Positions 1-8,792 of a stretch of DNA of 64,000 nt are shown here, piece by piece. The notes below the pieces were generated by a model. It was not told where the DNA came from and ran no database searches. It was given only the letters and a program-made list of their open reading frames with translations. Source of the stretch: an uncultured Planctomycetaceae bacterium. Lineage in GTDB: Bacteria; Planctomycetota; Planctomycetia; Planctomycetales; Planctomycetaceae. Each line of letters begins with the position of its first letter. Position 1 is the first letter of the stretch. Where the stretch lies: NCBI GenBank assembly GCA_963813715.1, contig CAWFAK010000005.1, forward strand, positions 1,312,001 through 1,376,000, in the 5' to 3' direction. The position numbers and the translations under genes are program-made.

Positions 1-834
1 GACCGGCTTGGCTCCCGTGTTCATCAGCATGAAGCAGCCTGTCCCGTACGTGTTCTTTGCCGCCCCTGGCTCAAAGCAAGCCTGGCCGAACGTGGCGGCC
101 TGCTGGTCGCCGATGTCGGAGGCGATCGGCAGCGCTGCGCCCAGCAGCGCACGATCCGTCTCGCCGTAGACCTCGCTGGACGGCTTCACCTCGGGCAGCA
201 TGGCGCGGGGGATTTTGAGGATCGAGAGCAGCTCGTCGTCCCAGTCGAGCTTGTGGATGTTGTAGATCAGCGTGCGGCTGGCGTTGCTGTAATCGGTGAC
301 GTGGCGTTTGCCGCCGGTCAGCCGCCAGATCAAGAAGCTGTCGACCGTGCCGAAGAGCACGTCCCCCTTCTCGGCGCGGGCCCGCAATCCGGGGATCGTC
401 TCCAGCAAGTGGGCGATCTTGGTGCCGGAGAAATAGGCGTCGACGACGAGACCTGTTCGCTCGCGAAACGTCGGCTCCAGTCCGTCGGCTTTGAGTCGCT
501 CGCACATCGGGGCCGTGATGCGGCTCTGCCAAACGATGGCGTTGGCCACGGGCTTGCCCGTGCTTTTTTCCCAAACGATTGTGGTTTCGCGCTGGTTGGT
601 GATGCCCACGGCGGCCACGTCGGACGTGCTGCGGCGACCCCGCGCGAGGGCCTCTTTCGTCACGGCGAGCTGCGTCTTCCAGATCGCTTCTGGATCGTGC
701 TCGACGTGCCCGGGCTGGGGATAGATCTGATCGAACTCTTCCTGGGCCGAGGCGATGGGCCGGCCGTCGCGTCCGAACAGAATCGCCCGGCTGGAGGTTG
801 TCCCCTGATCCAGAGCCAGCACACAGTCGGCCAT
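1..834 (-). CDS. glpK: Glycerol kinase (5' part; runs off the window start)
   Basis: Manual translation from ATG 834: [20 protein letters not shown]...[12 protein letters not shown]...AIVWQSR...DAYFSGTK...[10 protein letters not shown]...[10 protein letters not shown] (FGGY kinase motifs). Confidence 0.95.
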   Translation of the reverse strand, partial: MADCVLALDQGTTSSRAILFGRDGRPIASAQEEFDQIYPQPGHVEHDPEAIWKTQLAVTKEALARGRRSTSDVAAVGITNQRETTIVWEKSTGKPVANAIVWQSRITAPMCERLKADGLEPTFRERTGLVVDAYFSGTKIAHLLETIPGLRARAEKGDVLFGTVDSFLIWRLTGGKRHVTDYSNASRTLIYNIHKLDWDDELLSILKIPRAMLPEVKPSSEVYGETDRALLGAALPIASDIGDQQAATFGQACFEPGAAKNTYGTGCFMLMNTGAKPV

Positions 835-887
835 AAAGCGCGCTCCTTACGGCAAATCGCGGTCTGACGACTCACGGCGCCATCGCT

Positions 888-1358
888 TCACAGTTTAAAC
901 AGAACTCTCTCGAAGTCGACGACCACGAAGCGTTTACCTCTCGGCACCACGCGATGTCCCTCCGCCTCGAGCCGGCTCTTAAGCGCTGCGACGCCGCCGG
1001 GGAACTTGGGATTGAGCTCGCCGCCTGCTTTGAGCGTTCGCCAATAGGGCGTAATCCGCTTGACGCCTTCGGCTGCAGCTTCCTCGGCCGCGTGCGCGGC
1101 GATCCAGGCGAAGATACCGGTCGTCAGTGGGCAGCCGATCGTCGCCTGATGCTTCCGCGCCAGGTGTTCGCGGATTTCGTTGATCGTGACGACGCGTCCT
1201 TTGGGCACCTTCCGCATCGCCTCGTCGACCTCGCGCGGCGCGGGGACAACGACTGTGCCGCGGCCCCACCGCGCCGACATCGCTCCCTCGATTTTGGCGA
1301 CCTTGGGCAAATCCTTGTCGTCGGCAAGTTTCTCCCGCCACGTTTTCCGCCGTGCCAT
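888..1358 (-). CDS. MGMT-family DNA-binding (alkyltransferase-like) protein
   Basis: VPKGRVVT...CPLTTGIF...TPYWRTLK..GELNPKFPGG. PYWR stands where active alkyltransferases have PCHR. Confidence 0.8.
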   Translation of the reverse strand: MARRKTWREKLADDKDLPKVAKIEGAMSARWGRGTVVVPAPREVDEAMRKVPKGRVVTINEIREHLARKHQATIGCPLTTGIFAWIAAHAAEEAAAEGVKRITPYWRTLKAGGELNPKFPGGVAALKSRLEAEGHRVVPRGKRFVVVDFERVLFKL

Positions 1359-1425
1359 CCGAGGACCTCCCGAATCCGGCCGCAGACCGTGGCGCTGGCG
1401 GGTCGCCGTGGTGCGAAAGGCCGAT

Positions 1426-1818
1426 TCAGTGCGAAAGCAAGAGATACATGCTGTACAGCACGACGAGTGCGACCACCAGGGTCCCGAACTCGAGCAGGCG
1501 ACGGCCGAGATGCAGGTTGCGGATTGCCACGATCTGGGCGATGACTTCGACGACGGCCACCATCGAGAACTTGAAAATTACGATGCCCGGCAGGTTCCAA
1601 TGATAAAACACGTAACCGGCCACTGGGTTGGACTCGTAGAACATGGCCCGGCCGTCCGGCTCCGGGACATCCGAGAGCATCATGTAAGTCATCATCACGT
1701 CGAGCACGCTGACGATGACGAAGAGCGCGCTTTCCCGCTGCAGCGGCAGCGCCAGCCGAAACAGCACGTGCCAGATGCCGCGAGGTGTCGACTCCGGTGG
1801 CGAAACGGATTCGGGCAC
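1426..1818 (-). CDS. Small membrane protein (DUF5658-like)
   Basis: Hydrophobic helices with LDVMMT...YESNPVA..FK motif. GTG 1818 chosen for an upstream GAGG; the ORF is open to 1911. Confidence 0.65.
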   Translation of the reverse strand: MPESVSPPESTPRGIWHVLFRLALPLQRESALFVIVSVLDVMMTYMMLSDVPEPDGRAMFYESNPVAGYVFYHWNLPGIVIFKFSMVAVVEVIAQIVAIRNLHLGRRLLEFGTLVVALVVLYSMYLLLSH

Positions 1819-2038
1819 GGTCGCCTCGGACCAAGAGGGCGTTGATTGAGTCTGCAGACGCAGGGGCCGAAATGGCACGCCGTCGTGTTTGGCGTACCAT
1901 CTTAGCCGCACCGTTGCAAGACTTTAACGGGGGAGGCGACGCGCGAGCCAGCCCAGGCACAGCTGCCGAGAGTGCGAAGATTCCGCGCGACGGAAGCACA
2001 AGCGAGGCGGTCGACAGAGAAAGGTTCGAGCGGGCGCG

Positions 2039-2521
2039 TCAGCGGTTGACGGCCAGCGTTCCCTCGGCCAGCACGCGCATCAGGCTGACGGCCCGGTCGG
2101 GGCCATGCAGAACGGACGCGCTGTGCTTGGCTGCAGCGGGCCGATCGTGCGAGCACTGGGCGATACCGCCGTAGAAGACCAGGTCGCGGCTGCAGTCCTG
2201 GCAATGGGCGATGTGCACCCAGAGTTCCGACGGCAGATCGCTGCGGGACTTGTCGCAGTAATAGGCCCGCATCTCGTCCTCGTAATAACCGCAGGGAGCC
2301 GCCGCGACTTTGAGCTCGATCTGCGAGGTCAAAAATGACTTCACGTAGGACGAGTAGCACAGGGACACCGGGACCAGTGCCACGAACAGCACCGCCACGA
2401 ACTGGCGGGCATTATGGGCTCGGCGACGCCATCGCAGGCGGCGCACCAAACCTTTAACTTCTCCGCCGCACGCGCGCCAGTCATCGCCGTGCAGCAACGT
2501 TTGCTCGTGGTTTGTAGTCAT
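2039..2521 (-). CDS. Single-pass membrane protein with a zf-HC2-like (HxxxCxxC) motif after the TM helix
   Basis: Basic stretch RRLRWRRR, TM FVAVLFVALVPVSL, then C...HIAHCQDC. Confidence 0.65.
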   Translation of the reverse strand: MTTNHEQTLLHGDDWRACGGEVKGLVRRLRWRRRAHNARQFVAVLFVALVPVSLCYSSYVKSFLTSQIELKVAAAPCGYYEDEMRAYYCDKSRSDLPSELWVHIAHCQDCSRDLVFYGGIAQCSHDRPAAAKHSASVLHGPDRAVSLMRVLAEGTLAVNR

Positions 2522-2677
2522 CTTTCACTCCGGACTTGCCGCCGAGCGGTCAGTTCAAGTTCCGGCCGGTGCTTCCCTTCATGACGTCACAGTTTGTGAA
2601 CGTCCGGCCCGCTAGTTCGGTCGGTCGACGATTGCCCGATTTCAGTCTTAATTCTTCCGGAAACTGGGGAAGGCGTC

Positions 2678-2693
2678 TGTGTAAAACCTCACG
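2678..2693. promoter_or_regulatory. CRP-type box upstream of the zf-HC2 membrane protein gene
   Basis: TGTGT-aaaacc-TCACG, 8/10 match to TGTGA-N6-TCACA, intergenic next to a Crp gene. Confidence 0.5.
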
Positions 2694-2717
2694 ATACCGG
2701 CGAAAAAAGCTCAATTC

Positions 2718-3470
2718 CTAAAACTGCTCCTCGCGGGCCGGTTCTCGCCATAAGTCCCTGGTGCGTTTAAGGCTAGGCACAGGCACTTCGATCTCAGCCG
2801 CCAATTTGCCAACCTCGTGCAGGATGATTTCCTTGCGGCTGGTCGTCAGAGCCCCCTCATCCTGCAATTCGCCCAAAACCAGGGTCACGGTCTCGCGGGT
2901 GCTGCCGATGATGCTCGCCAGCTCCTGGTGCGAGAGCCGAATGCCGATCGCGATCGACCCGTCTCTCTGGTATTTACCGTATTTTTCCGCCAGATCAAAC
3001 AGCAGATGAACAACTCGCTCGCGGTTGGAGCGGAAGAGGAGCGATTTCAGCCGTCGGTTGAACCGCTGCACGCGCAGTCCCAACAGCTTGTTGAGCCCCA
3101 GGGAGAGCTTGGGATGCTCGTTCATCAGCCGCTGGATTTCCTCGGTCGGAATCACAATGACGGTGGAGAGCTCCATCGCCTCGGCATATTCTTCGCGCTG
3201 AGTCGGCTCGACCAGCGCCAGCTCTCCGAAAAGCTCGCCCGGATCGATGAGCGCCAGCACGGCCTGCTTGCCATCCTGGGTGTTGTGAAAGATTTTCACC
3301 CGCCCGGACGACAGGACCAGCACGCAATCGCCCAGGTCCGAGGGAACATAAATCAGCATGCCGCGCTTGAAATCTCGCGACTTGGACCGTCCTTCGAGCC
3401 GCCGCACCTGCTCATCGGTGAGACATTGGAAGAGCGAACAGTCCTTCAGGTACCAGAACTTTTTATCCAT
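2718..3470 (-). CDS. Crp/Fnr family transcriptional regulator
   Basis: cNMP-binding domain (GRVKI...GELFGELAL) and HTH LSHQELASIIGSTRETVT. Confidence 0.95.
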   Translation of the reverse strand: MDKKFWYLKDCSLFQCLTDEQVRRLEGRSKSRDFKRGMLIYVPSDLGDCVLVLSSGRVKIFHNTQDGKQAVLALIDPGELFGELALVEPTQREEYAEAMELSTVIVIPTEEIQRLMNEHPKLSLGLNKLLGLRVQRFNRRLKSLLFRSNRERVVHLLFDLAEKYGKYQRDGSIAIGIRLSHQELASIIGSTRETVTLVLGELQDEGALTTSRKEIILHEVGKLAAEIEVPVPSLKRTRDLWREPAREEQF

Positions 3471-3689
3471 TCGGGATGAACCCGTCGCGGCAAGCAGAGA
3501 GGCTGCTGTCGTTAGGACCGTCCACCGTGAAAGGGCGAGTGGTGGAGGTGGAAACGCGAAAAATCTTTCATCCGTCTACGGCGGAGGCGCCGTGCAGCGG
3601 ACGTTCAGCGTGGTGATCCCTTCAGAATATCCCGGCCAAAGGGGAGTCTCAAGCCCCTAAGAGACTTACCATCCGCCCGCCGGAACCGC

Positions 3690-3705
3690 TGTGAGATAGT
3701 TAACA
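3690..3705. promoter_or_regulatory. CRP-type box upstream of the Crp/Fnr gene
   Basis: TGTGA-gatagt-TAACA, 9/10 match, with an AT-rich flank. Confidence 0.55.
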
Positions 3706-3730
3706 AATTGCCATTTAGGCTTGGCGATCG

Positions 3731-4729
3731 TCATTTTCCGTGCATTCGCGAGTGCGCGCGGCTCAGTCGGTCGGCCCAATAAAGCGGCTCCGGTAGCCGG
3801 TGCCCGCAGGCGAACGCCCGCGCTAGCCGAGCCGCGCTGGGCACGTCAATTGTTTGACCGGGTGACACATAGAGCGGCCGCGTGGCGGGTGGCAACGTCA
3901 CCACAGCGCCGACTTCGCGCTCGTCAATACTCACCAGAGCCTCGAACTCGCTCGCGCCCCGAGGCGGTTCTTGGAGGCGGCCGCACAAGAGGGACTTGGC
4001 GACCCCGATCGTCGGAACATCGGTGAGAACGCCGAAGCACGCCGCGATCCCGGCGCCGCGCGGATGCAAGATGCCGTTGCCGTCGACAAACCACAGATCG
4101 AGCGTGGGGAACTCGCGCCGCGCTCGCTCGAAAAGCGCGAGCAGCATCGGCAACTCGCGAAACGTCAATAAGCTAGGAATGTAGGGCAGCCCCGCGCGAT
4201 CGCGATGTGTAGTTGTCCAGACGACACGACCGGATCTACTTTCCACAACCGCGCAACCTCCGGTCGCCATTCCGTCGCGCGAGTACGAAACGTCGAGCCC
4301 AGCGGCCAGGTGTGGCGTGTCGCGTCGCGCGACGAGTCGCACGCGCCGGGCCCAGTCCAGTTGCCGTTCGATCAAACACGCGAGAGGCTGGCCGGAGACG
4401 AAGTCACTAAAACGGATGTCTCCGAAGCGGTCGACTCGCCCATCGTGAACGGCGACTTCCTCGGCTTGCAGCCGCTCCGTCTTTTCCGCAGGCTCGCGCC
4501 CGATGACGTAAAGCCCCAGCTCGCCCCCCTGCCGCACAACGCGATGGCACGAACATGTCTCAGCGTCGTGCGGATGCTCGCGCAGAAACTCGCCGACCCA
4601 TCGGGCGGCAGTCCGTAGTCCCAACGCGTCCGCCAAATCGCCATAGGTCGTCACGCGGCCGCGGGGAATTTGAACCAGCAGCTTGAGCAGTTCGGCAGGC
4701 AGGTCGGGGAGGTCGACGTCGAATTCCAC
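3731..4729 (-). CDS. nfi: Fusion of O6-alkylguanine alkyltransferase (MGMT) domain and endonuclease V
   Basis: N-term IPRGRVTTYGDLA..AARWVG..SCHRVV. C-term GLDVSY, PYIP..FRE, VDGNGILHPR, GVAK, LPEP..AD. Start taken as GTG 4729. Confidence 0.9.
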   Translation of the reverse strand: MEFDVDLPDLPAELLKLLVQIPRGRVTTYGDLADALGLRTAARWVGEFLREHPHDAETCSCHRVVRQGGELGLYVIGREPAEKTERLQAEEVAVHDGRVDRFGDIRFSDFVSGQPLACLIERQLDWARRVRLVARRDTPHLAAGLDVSYSRDGMATGGCAVVESRSGRVVWTTTHRDRAGLPYIPSLLTFRELPMLLALFERARREFPTLDLWFVDGNGILHPRGAGIAACFGVLTDVPTIGVAKSLLCGRLQEPPRGASEFEALVSIDEREVGAVVTLPPATRPLYVSPGQTIDVPSAARLARAFACGHRLPEPLYWADRLSRAHSRMHGK

Positions 4730-4745
4730 GGCCCGCGCGCCCCCG

Positions 4746-5264
4746 TCACAGCTCAACCGGGTCGAGTGCGGCCACGTAGGGCAAGCTGCGGTGCTCGTCG
4801 TTGTAATCGAGTCCGTAGCCAACGACGAAGACGTCGGGAATGCGGAAGCCGCAATAATCAGGCGTCCATTCGGTCTCGCGCGGGCGCTCCTTCCAGAGCA
4901 GCACGGCGGTCCGGACGCTGGCGGCGTCGCACGTCTGCAGCCGCTCGACCAGGGCGGTGAGCGTGCGGCCCGAATCGAACACGTCGTCCACGATCAACAC
5001 ATCGCGGGCGCGGACGTCCGGCAAAAGGTTCAGGTCGATCGAGACGGCGTTTCCCGTCGTCGTCCGGCCCGCGTAACTCAAGGCGCGGATCATCCCGACT
5101 CGGATGGGCAGCTCGATCGTGCGGATCAGGTCCGACACCAAAACCAGGCTGCCGGTCAAAACGCCGATCACCGTCAGTGGCCGACCGCGATAATCGGCCG
5201 TGATCTGCCGGCCGAGTTCGGTCACCCGCTGTTGAATCTCCGCCGCTTCGATCAGTCGTCTCAC
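4746..5264 (-). CDS. hpt: Hypoxanthine phosphoribosyltransferase
   Basis: PRPP motif VLIVDDVFDSGRT; PDVFVVGYGLDY..RSLPY. Confidence 0.92.
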   Translation of the reverse strand: MRRLIEAAEIQQRVTELGRQITADYRGRPLTVIGVLTGSLVLVSDLIRTIELPIRVGMIRALSYAGRTTTGNAVSIDLNLLPDVRARDVLIVDDVFDSGRTLTALVERLQTCDAASVRTAVLLWKERPRETEWTPDYCGFRIPDVFVVGYGLDYNDEHRSLPYVAALDPVEL

Positions 5265-5291
5265 GCGATCCGCCCGCTAAACCCGGCTCGA

Positions 5292-5969
5292 TCAAGTGCC
5301 GCGGCGATTGCCAAAGAGCTCGATGTGCAGCCGCGGCGAAACCGAGTACCCGCGGCGGGCCGCCTCGACCCGCAGCCAGCCCGTCTTTTCGCGCACGACA
5401 TCGGCTACGGTCCCCTGCGGCATGAGAAACACTCGCTCGGGTGCGACTCCGCCGATTTGCGCGACATGGCCGTCGACGTCCGCGACATCGACCGGAGTAT
5501 CGATCACGTATTTCAGCTGGTAGCGATACTCCCGCGTCAGGCGCGCGACGACGTCGGTGCGATCGCGAAGAGCCTCGTGGCGCGACGACCAGACCGCGTC
5601 GCGCGGAGTCGAGTTCGGGCGTTTGGGGCTGATCGACATCAGCGCGGCCTGGGCCGGGCGATGCACGGTGCCCGCCGTTTCGATCGTCACGAGTCGCCCT
5701 GCCCGCGCGAGACATTCGGTCAGCGGCACGATGTCGGGCTGCAACATCGGCTCCCCGCCGGTGAGCACGACGTGCTGGCACTCGCACGCGAGGATCCGTT
5801 CAGCCAGCACTTGCCACGATTCCTGCGTCCCCTCGGGCTCCCACGACGTATACGGCGTGTCGCAGTACCAACAGCGGAGGTTGCAGCCGGTCGTCCGCAC
5901 GAAGACTGACGGTGTGCCGGCAAATTCGCCCTCCCCCTGAATCGATTGAAAGAACTCGGCGATTCTCAT
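5292..5969 (-). CDS. queE: 7-carboxy-7-deazaguanine synthase (radical SAM)
   Basis: [53 protein letters not shown] overlaps the queC stop (ATGA). Confidence 0.93.
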   Translation of the reverse strand: MRIAEFFQSIQGEGEFAGTPSVFVRTTGCNLRCWYCDTPYTSWEPEGTQESWQVLAERILACECQHVVLTGGEPMLQPDIVPLTECLARAGRLVTIETAGTVHRPAQAALMSISPKRPNSTPRDAVWSSRHEALRDRTDVVARLTREYRYQLKYVIDTPVDVADVDGHVAQIGGVAPERVFLMPQGTVADVVREKTGWLRVEAARRGYSVSPRLHIELFGNRRGT

Positions 5970-6676
5970 CGGCGGATGTCCGCTGGATAGGCCAACGGAT
6001 CGGTCTGACCGGCTTCGGCAAAGCCTTTCAACCGCAGGCGGCACGAGTCGCAGTGGCCGCAGGGGTGGCCGGCCGCATCGGGATCGTAACAGCTGTGGGT
6101 CAGCGAATAATCGACACCCAGCGCAGTCCCCGTCCGAATGATCTGCGACTTCGTCATGTCGATCAGCGGCGCATGAATTCGCCAGGTCGCCGTTCCCTCG
6201 ACCCCCGCCTTCGTGCCCAGGTTGGCCATCCGCTCGAAGGCTTGGAGATATTCGGGGCGACAGTCGGGGTAGCCGCTGTAATCGAGCGCGTTAACTCCGA
6301 GATAGATGTCAGAGGCGCCGAGCGCTTCGGCCCAGCCCAGCGCAATCGAGAGAAAGATCGTGTTGCGTGCCGGCACGTAGGTCACCGGGATGCCGTGCGA
6401 CATCTCCGACTCGGCGCGATCCTTGGGCACAGGCAGGTCCGCAGTCAGCGCGGAACCGCCGAACAATCGCAGGTTGAGGGGCACCACGATGTGCTGCCGC
6501 ACGCCGGCTGCCCCGGCGACGCGGCGTGCCGCTTCCAACTCAAACAGGTGCCGCTGACCGTAATCAAATGAGAGTGCGTAGGGTTCATAGCCATCGCGCT
6601 TGGCGACTGCGAGCGCCGTGGCGGAATCGAGCCCACCGCTCAGGAGCACCACCGCGCACTTGCGTTCGTTCTGCAT
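5966..6676 (-). CDS. queC: 7-cyano-7-deazaguanine synthase
   Basis: [32 protein letters not shown]...CGHCDSC. Confidence 0.96.
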   Translation of the reverse strand: MQNERKCAVVLLSGGLDSATALAVAKRDGYEPYALSFDYGQRHLFELEAARRVAGAAGVRQHIVVPLNLRLFGGSALTADLPVPKDRAESEMSHGIPVTYVPARNTIFLSIALGWAEALGASDIYLGVNALDYSGYPDCRPEYLQAFERMANLGTKAGVEGTATWRIHAPLIDMTKSQIIRTGTALGVDYSLTHSCYDPDAAGHPCGHCDSCRLRLKGFAEAGQTDPLAYPADIRR

Positions 6677-6782
6677 TCGTCCGTAACCGAGAAGAGAGGA
6701 CTCGCTCGGAGACTAACAAGCTTCGCCGGGTCGTGCAAATTTAGACTCGATCTTGGACGTCCTCTGCGGCCTCTCGGAGCGG

Positions 6783-7952
6783 TTACTGCTGCGCGTCGGA
6801 CGAGTCCGAGTCGGACGACTTTTTGGACGTATGTTTCGTTTTCTTCTTCTTGTGCGTCGTCCCCGCGTCAGAACGCCGGAGCGAAAGCTCCGTACCACCG
6901 GCGTTAAGCTCGGATTTGAACTGCTTGAGGAAACTGCTGCCGAGCACTCCCTTCGTGGTCGTGTTTTCGGCGGGAAGCACGTGGCAAACAACGTTCTTAG
7001 CAGCGAAGCTTCCCACTTGGACCGACTTCAGCACCACCCGTTTTGCCTGAGCCTCGGAGCCATCGGCAGCCTTGGCGGTGGCCTTCGGTGCCGCGTCGAC
7101 GTGGACGCCAGCGTCGACGGCCAAGCGATACGGCAAGACGATGGCCGAAGCCGACGGGTCGACGACGAGTTCACAGATCGTGTCTTCGTTGATCACCACG
7201 GTGGCGTAGGAGTTCTTCTCCTCTTGTCGCAAGGGAATTTTTTCAGAGAGGACATCTTTTTCGAGAGCTTCCAGACGCTTGAGGGAGGATTCAAAACTGT
7301 GCGACGGCTTGAGCGCGCCCGATGTGTGGGCTGCCTCGTTCCACTCTTTGAGGGCGGCGACGACCTCTTTGTCCTGATTCAACTCGGCATACCGGGTCAG
7401 CAATTGATCCGCCACCTTCCGGGCTTCGAAGATTTCCTGCGTGTATTCGTCCAAGGAGGAACTGTCTTTCGCGGGGGAGCTGTCCTTCTTTTTGCGATCG
7501 TCGCCCGCCTTCGTCGAGGGATTGAGCGCTTGCTGGATCTGCGCAATTTGTCTGTCGTTCGCGGCGATTTGGTCGTTGAGCTGCCGAACAACGTCGCCGC
7601 GAAACGCGAACCCTACTCTGTTAATCTCCGCCACTTTATTCCTGAGCACCTCGTTTTGATTTTTCAGTTCCTGGATCTGTTCGGCCGCCTCCTCCTTGTC
7701 GATCCCGCTGGATTGTTGCTGCTTGCTCGCCGCCCCTTTTCGCTTGAGCGAATACGCCGTGGAGACGGACTTCGCGAATTCGCTCTCCGCGACCAGGCTG
7801 CACCCCGTGTGCGTGGCCCGGATTCCCTTCGCGACAAGCTTGGCCTTCGCCTCCGCCTCATCGGCGCGAGCCCCTTCGCCAGAAAGCAACAGGACCCAAC
7901 CGCCAAAAATCGCGACGCCTGAGATGACAAGCAAATGGTGAGTTCGCATCAA
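6783..7952 (-). CDS. Secreted coiled-coil protein with a C-terminal retropepsin-like (clan AA aspartyl protease) domain
   Basis: Signal peptide, coiled coil, then LVVDPSAS...ADGS...LKSVQVGSF...GVLGSSFL. Confidence 0.75.
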   Translation of the reverse strand: MMRTHHLLVISGVAIFGGWVLLLSGEGARADEAEAKAKLVAKGIRATHTGCSLVAESEFAKSVSTAYSLKRKGAASKQQQSSGIDKEEAAEQIQELKNQNEVLRNKVAEINRVGFAFRGDVVRQLNDQIAANDRQIAQIQQALNPSTKAGDDRKKKDSSPAKDSSSLDEYTQEIFEARKVADQLLTRYAELNQDKEVVAALKEWNEAAHTSGALKPSHSFESSLKRLEALEKDVLSEKIPLRQEEKNSYATVVINEDTICELVVDPSASAIVLPYRLAVDAGVHVDAAPKATAKAADGSEAQAKRVVLKSVQVGSFAAKNVVCHVLPAENTTTKGVLGSSFLKQFKSELNAGGTELSLRRSDAGTTHKKKKTKHTSKKSSDSDSSDAQQ

Positions 7953-8257
7953 TCATTCCCCCCGCGCGAGTCTCCGAGCCGTGGACGTCGGTCTCCGCTT
8001 TACGCCAGCCTATTGCACCCGGTTCGCCAGAAACAATGAGTATTTTCCCGCAACGGGGGCGCCATAACCAGCCCGACGGGGCTTGGCTGGGCAACGTTTT
8101 TGCGCGGAAGTGGCGGGCCCCTTACTGCCGGCTCGATGCACTTGAGCGCCGGCCGTCAGCCGAGGGCCAACTCGCGCGCCACTTGCAGTTGACGCGCAGC
8201 AAGCTCCGCCGCGCAGCTAGTTTTGCAGGGTACAGCCGAGCCTGCTGAAAGACCCGT

Positions 8258-8752
8258 TTAAGCAGGCACGGTCGCGATCAGGTCGTCCGCGAGCTTCTCT
8301 AAGAGCTCGTAGGTCGTGCGCAGGTCCACGTGTTCCCGCGGGCCGGCGTCTGCGCGGCGATAGCGACGTAGCGTGAAGACGCCCGCGCCCTGCGATTGCA
8401 GGAGGACTTCGTAAAACGTTTTCGCGCTGTCTCGCTCGTCGGGCGATTTCGAGCGGACCAGCACCTGTCGTCCTTCGACGTCAGTTTCGAGCGGGCCCAG
8501 CGGCTCCAGCAGATACGTGACGCGAGCACACAGTCGTTCGGCCCATTTCTTGAGCACGTCCGCGGCCGCATTGTTAAGTGCCGGAACCCGCATGCGAACT
8601 TCACGGCAGGAACAGCTCAGCGAATCGGCGGCCGTGACATCGACGGCCAGATCGATTCCGTCCGGCCCCGAAACCGCCACTGTTTTTGCAGCCGGTCCCA
8701 CGTGCCCCGCGAGCTTGAGAACTTCCCCAACGAGTTGCTTGCCTCCACTCAT
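8258..8752 (-). CDS. Conserved hypothetical protein
   Basis: Globular-looking ORF (RVTYLLEPL...RSKSP...FYEV) directly downstream of spoVR on the same strand. Confidence 0.7.
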   Translation of the reverse strand: MSGGKQLVGEVLKLAGHVGPAAKTVAVSGPDGIDLAVDVTAADSLSCSCREVRMRVPALNNAAADVLKKWAERLCARVTYLLEPLGPLETDVEGRQVLVRSKSPDERDSAKTFYEVLLQSQGAGVFTLRRYRRADAGPREHVDLRTTYELLEKLADDLIATVPA

Positions 8753-8792
8753 ATCCAGCCCCTTTTATCAATTATATCGTCCGATTGGACGG

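Noticed and set aside
5292..6676. queC/queE as part of a dpd-type 7-deazaguanine DNA-modification island
   Set aside because: No dpdA/tgt-like, dpdB-K or mobility genes in the window; the context is housekeeping.
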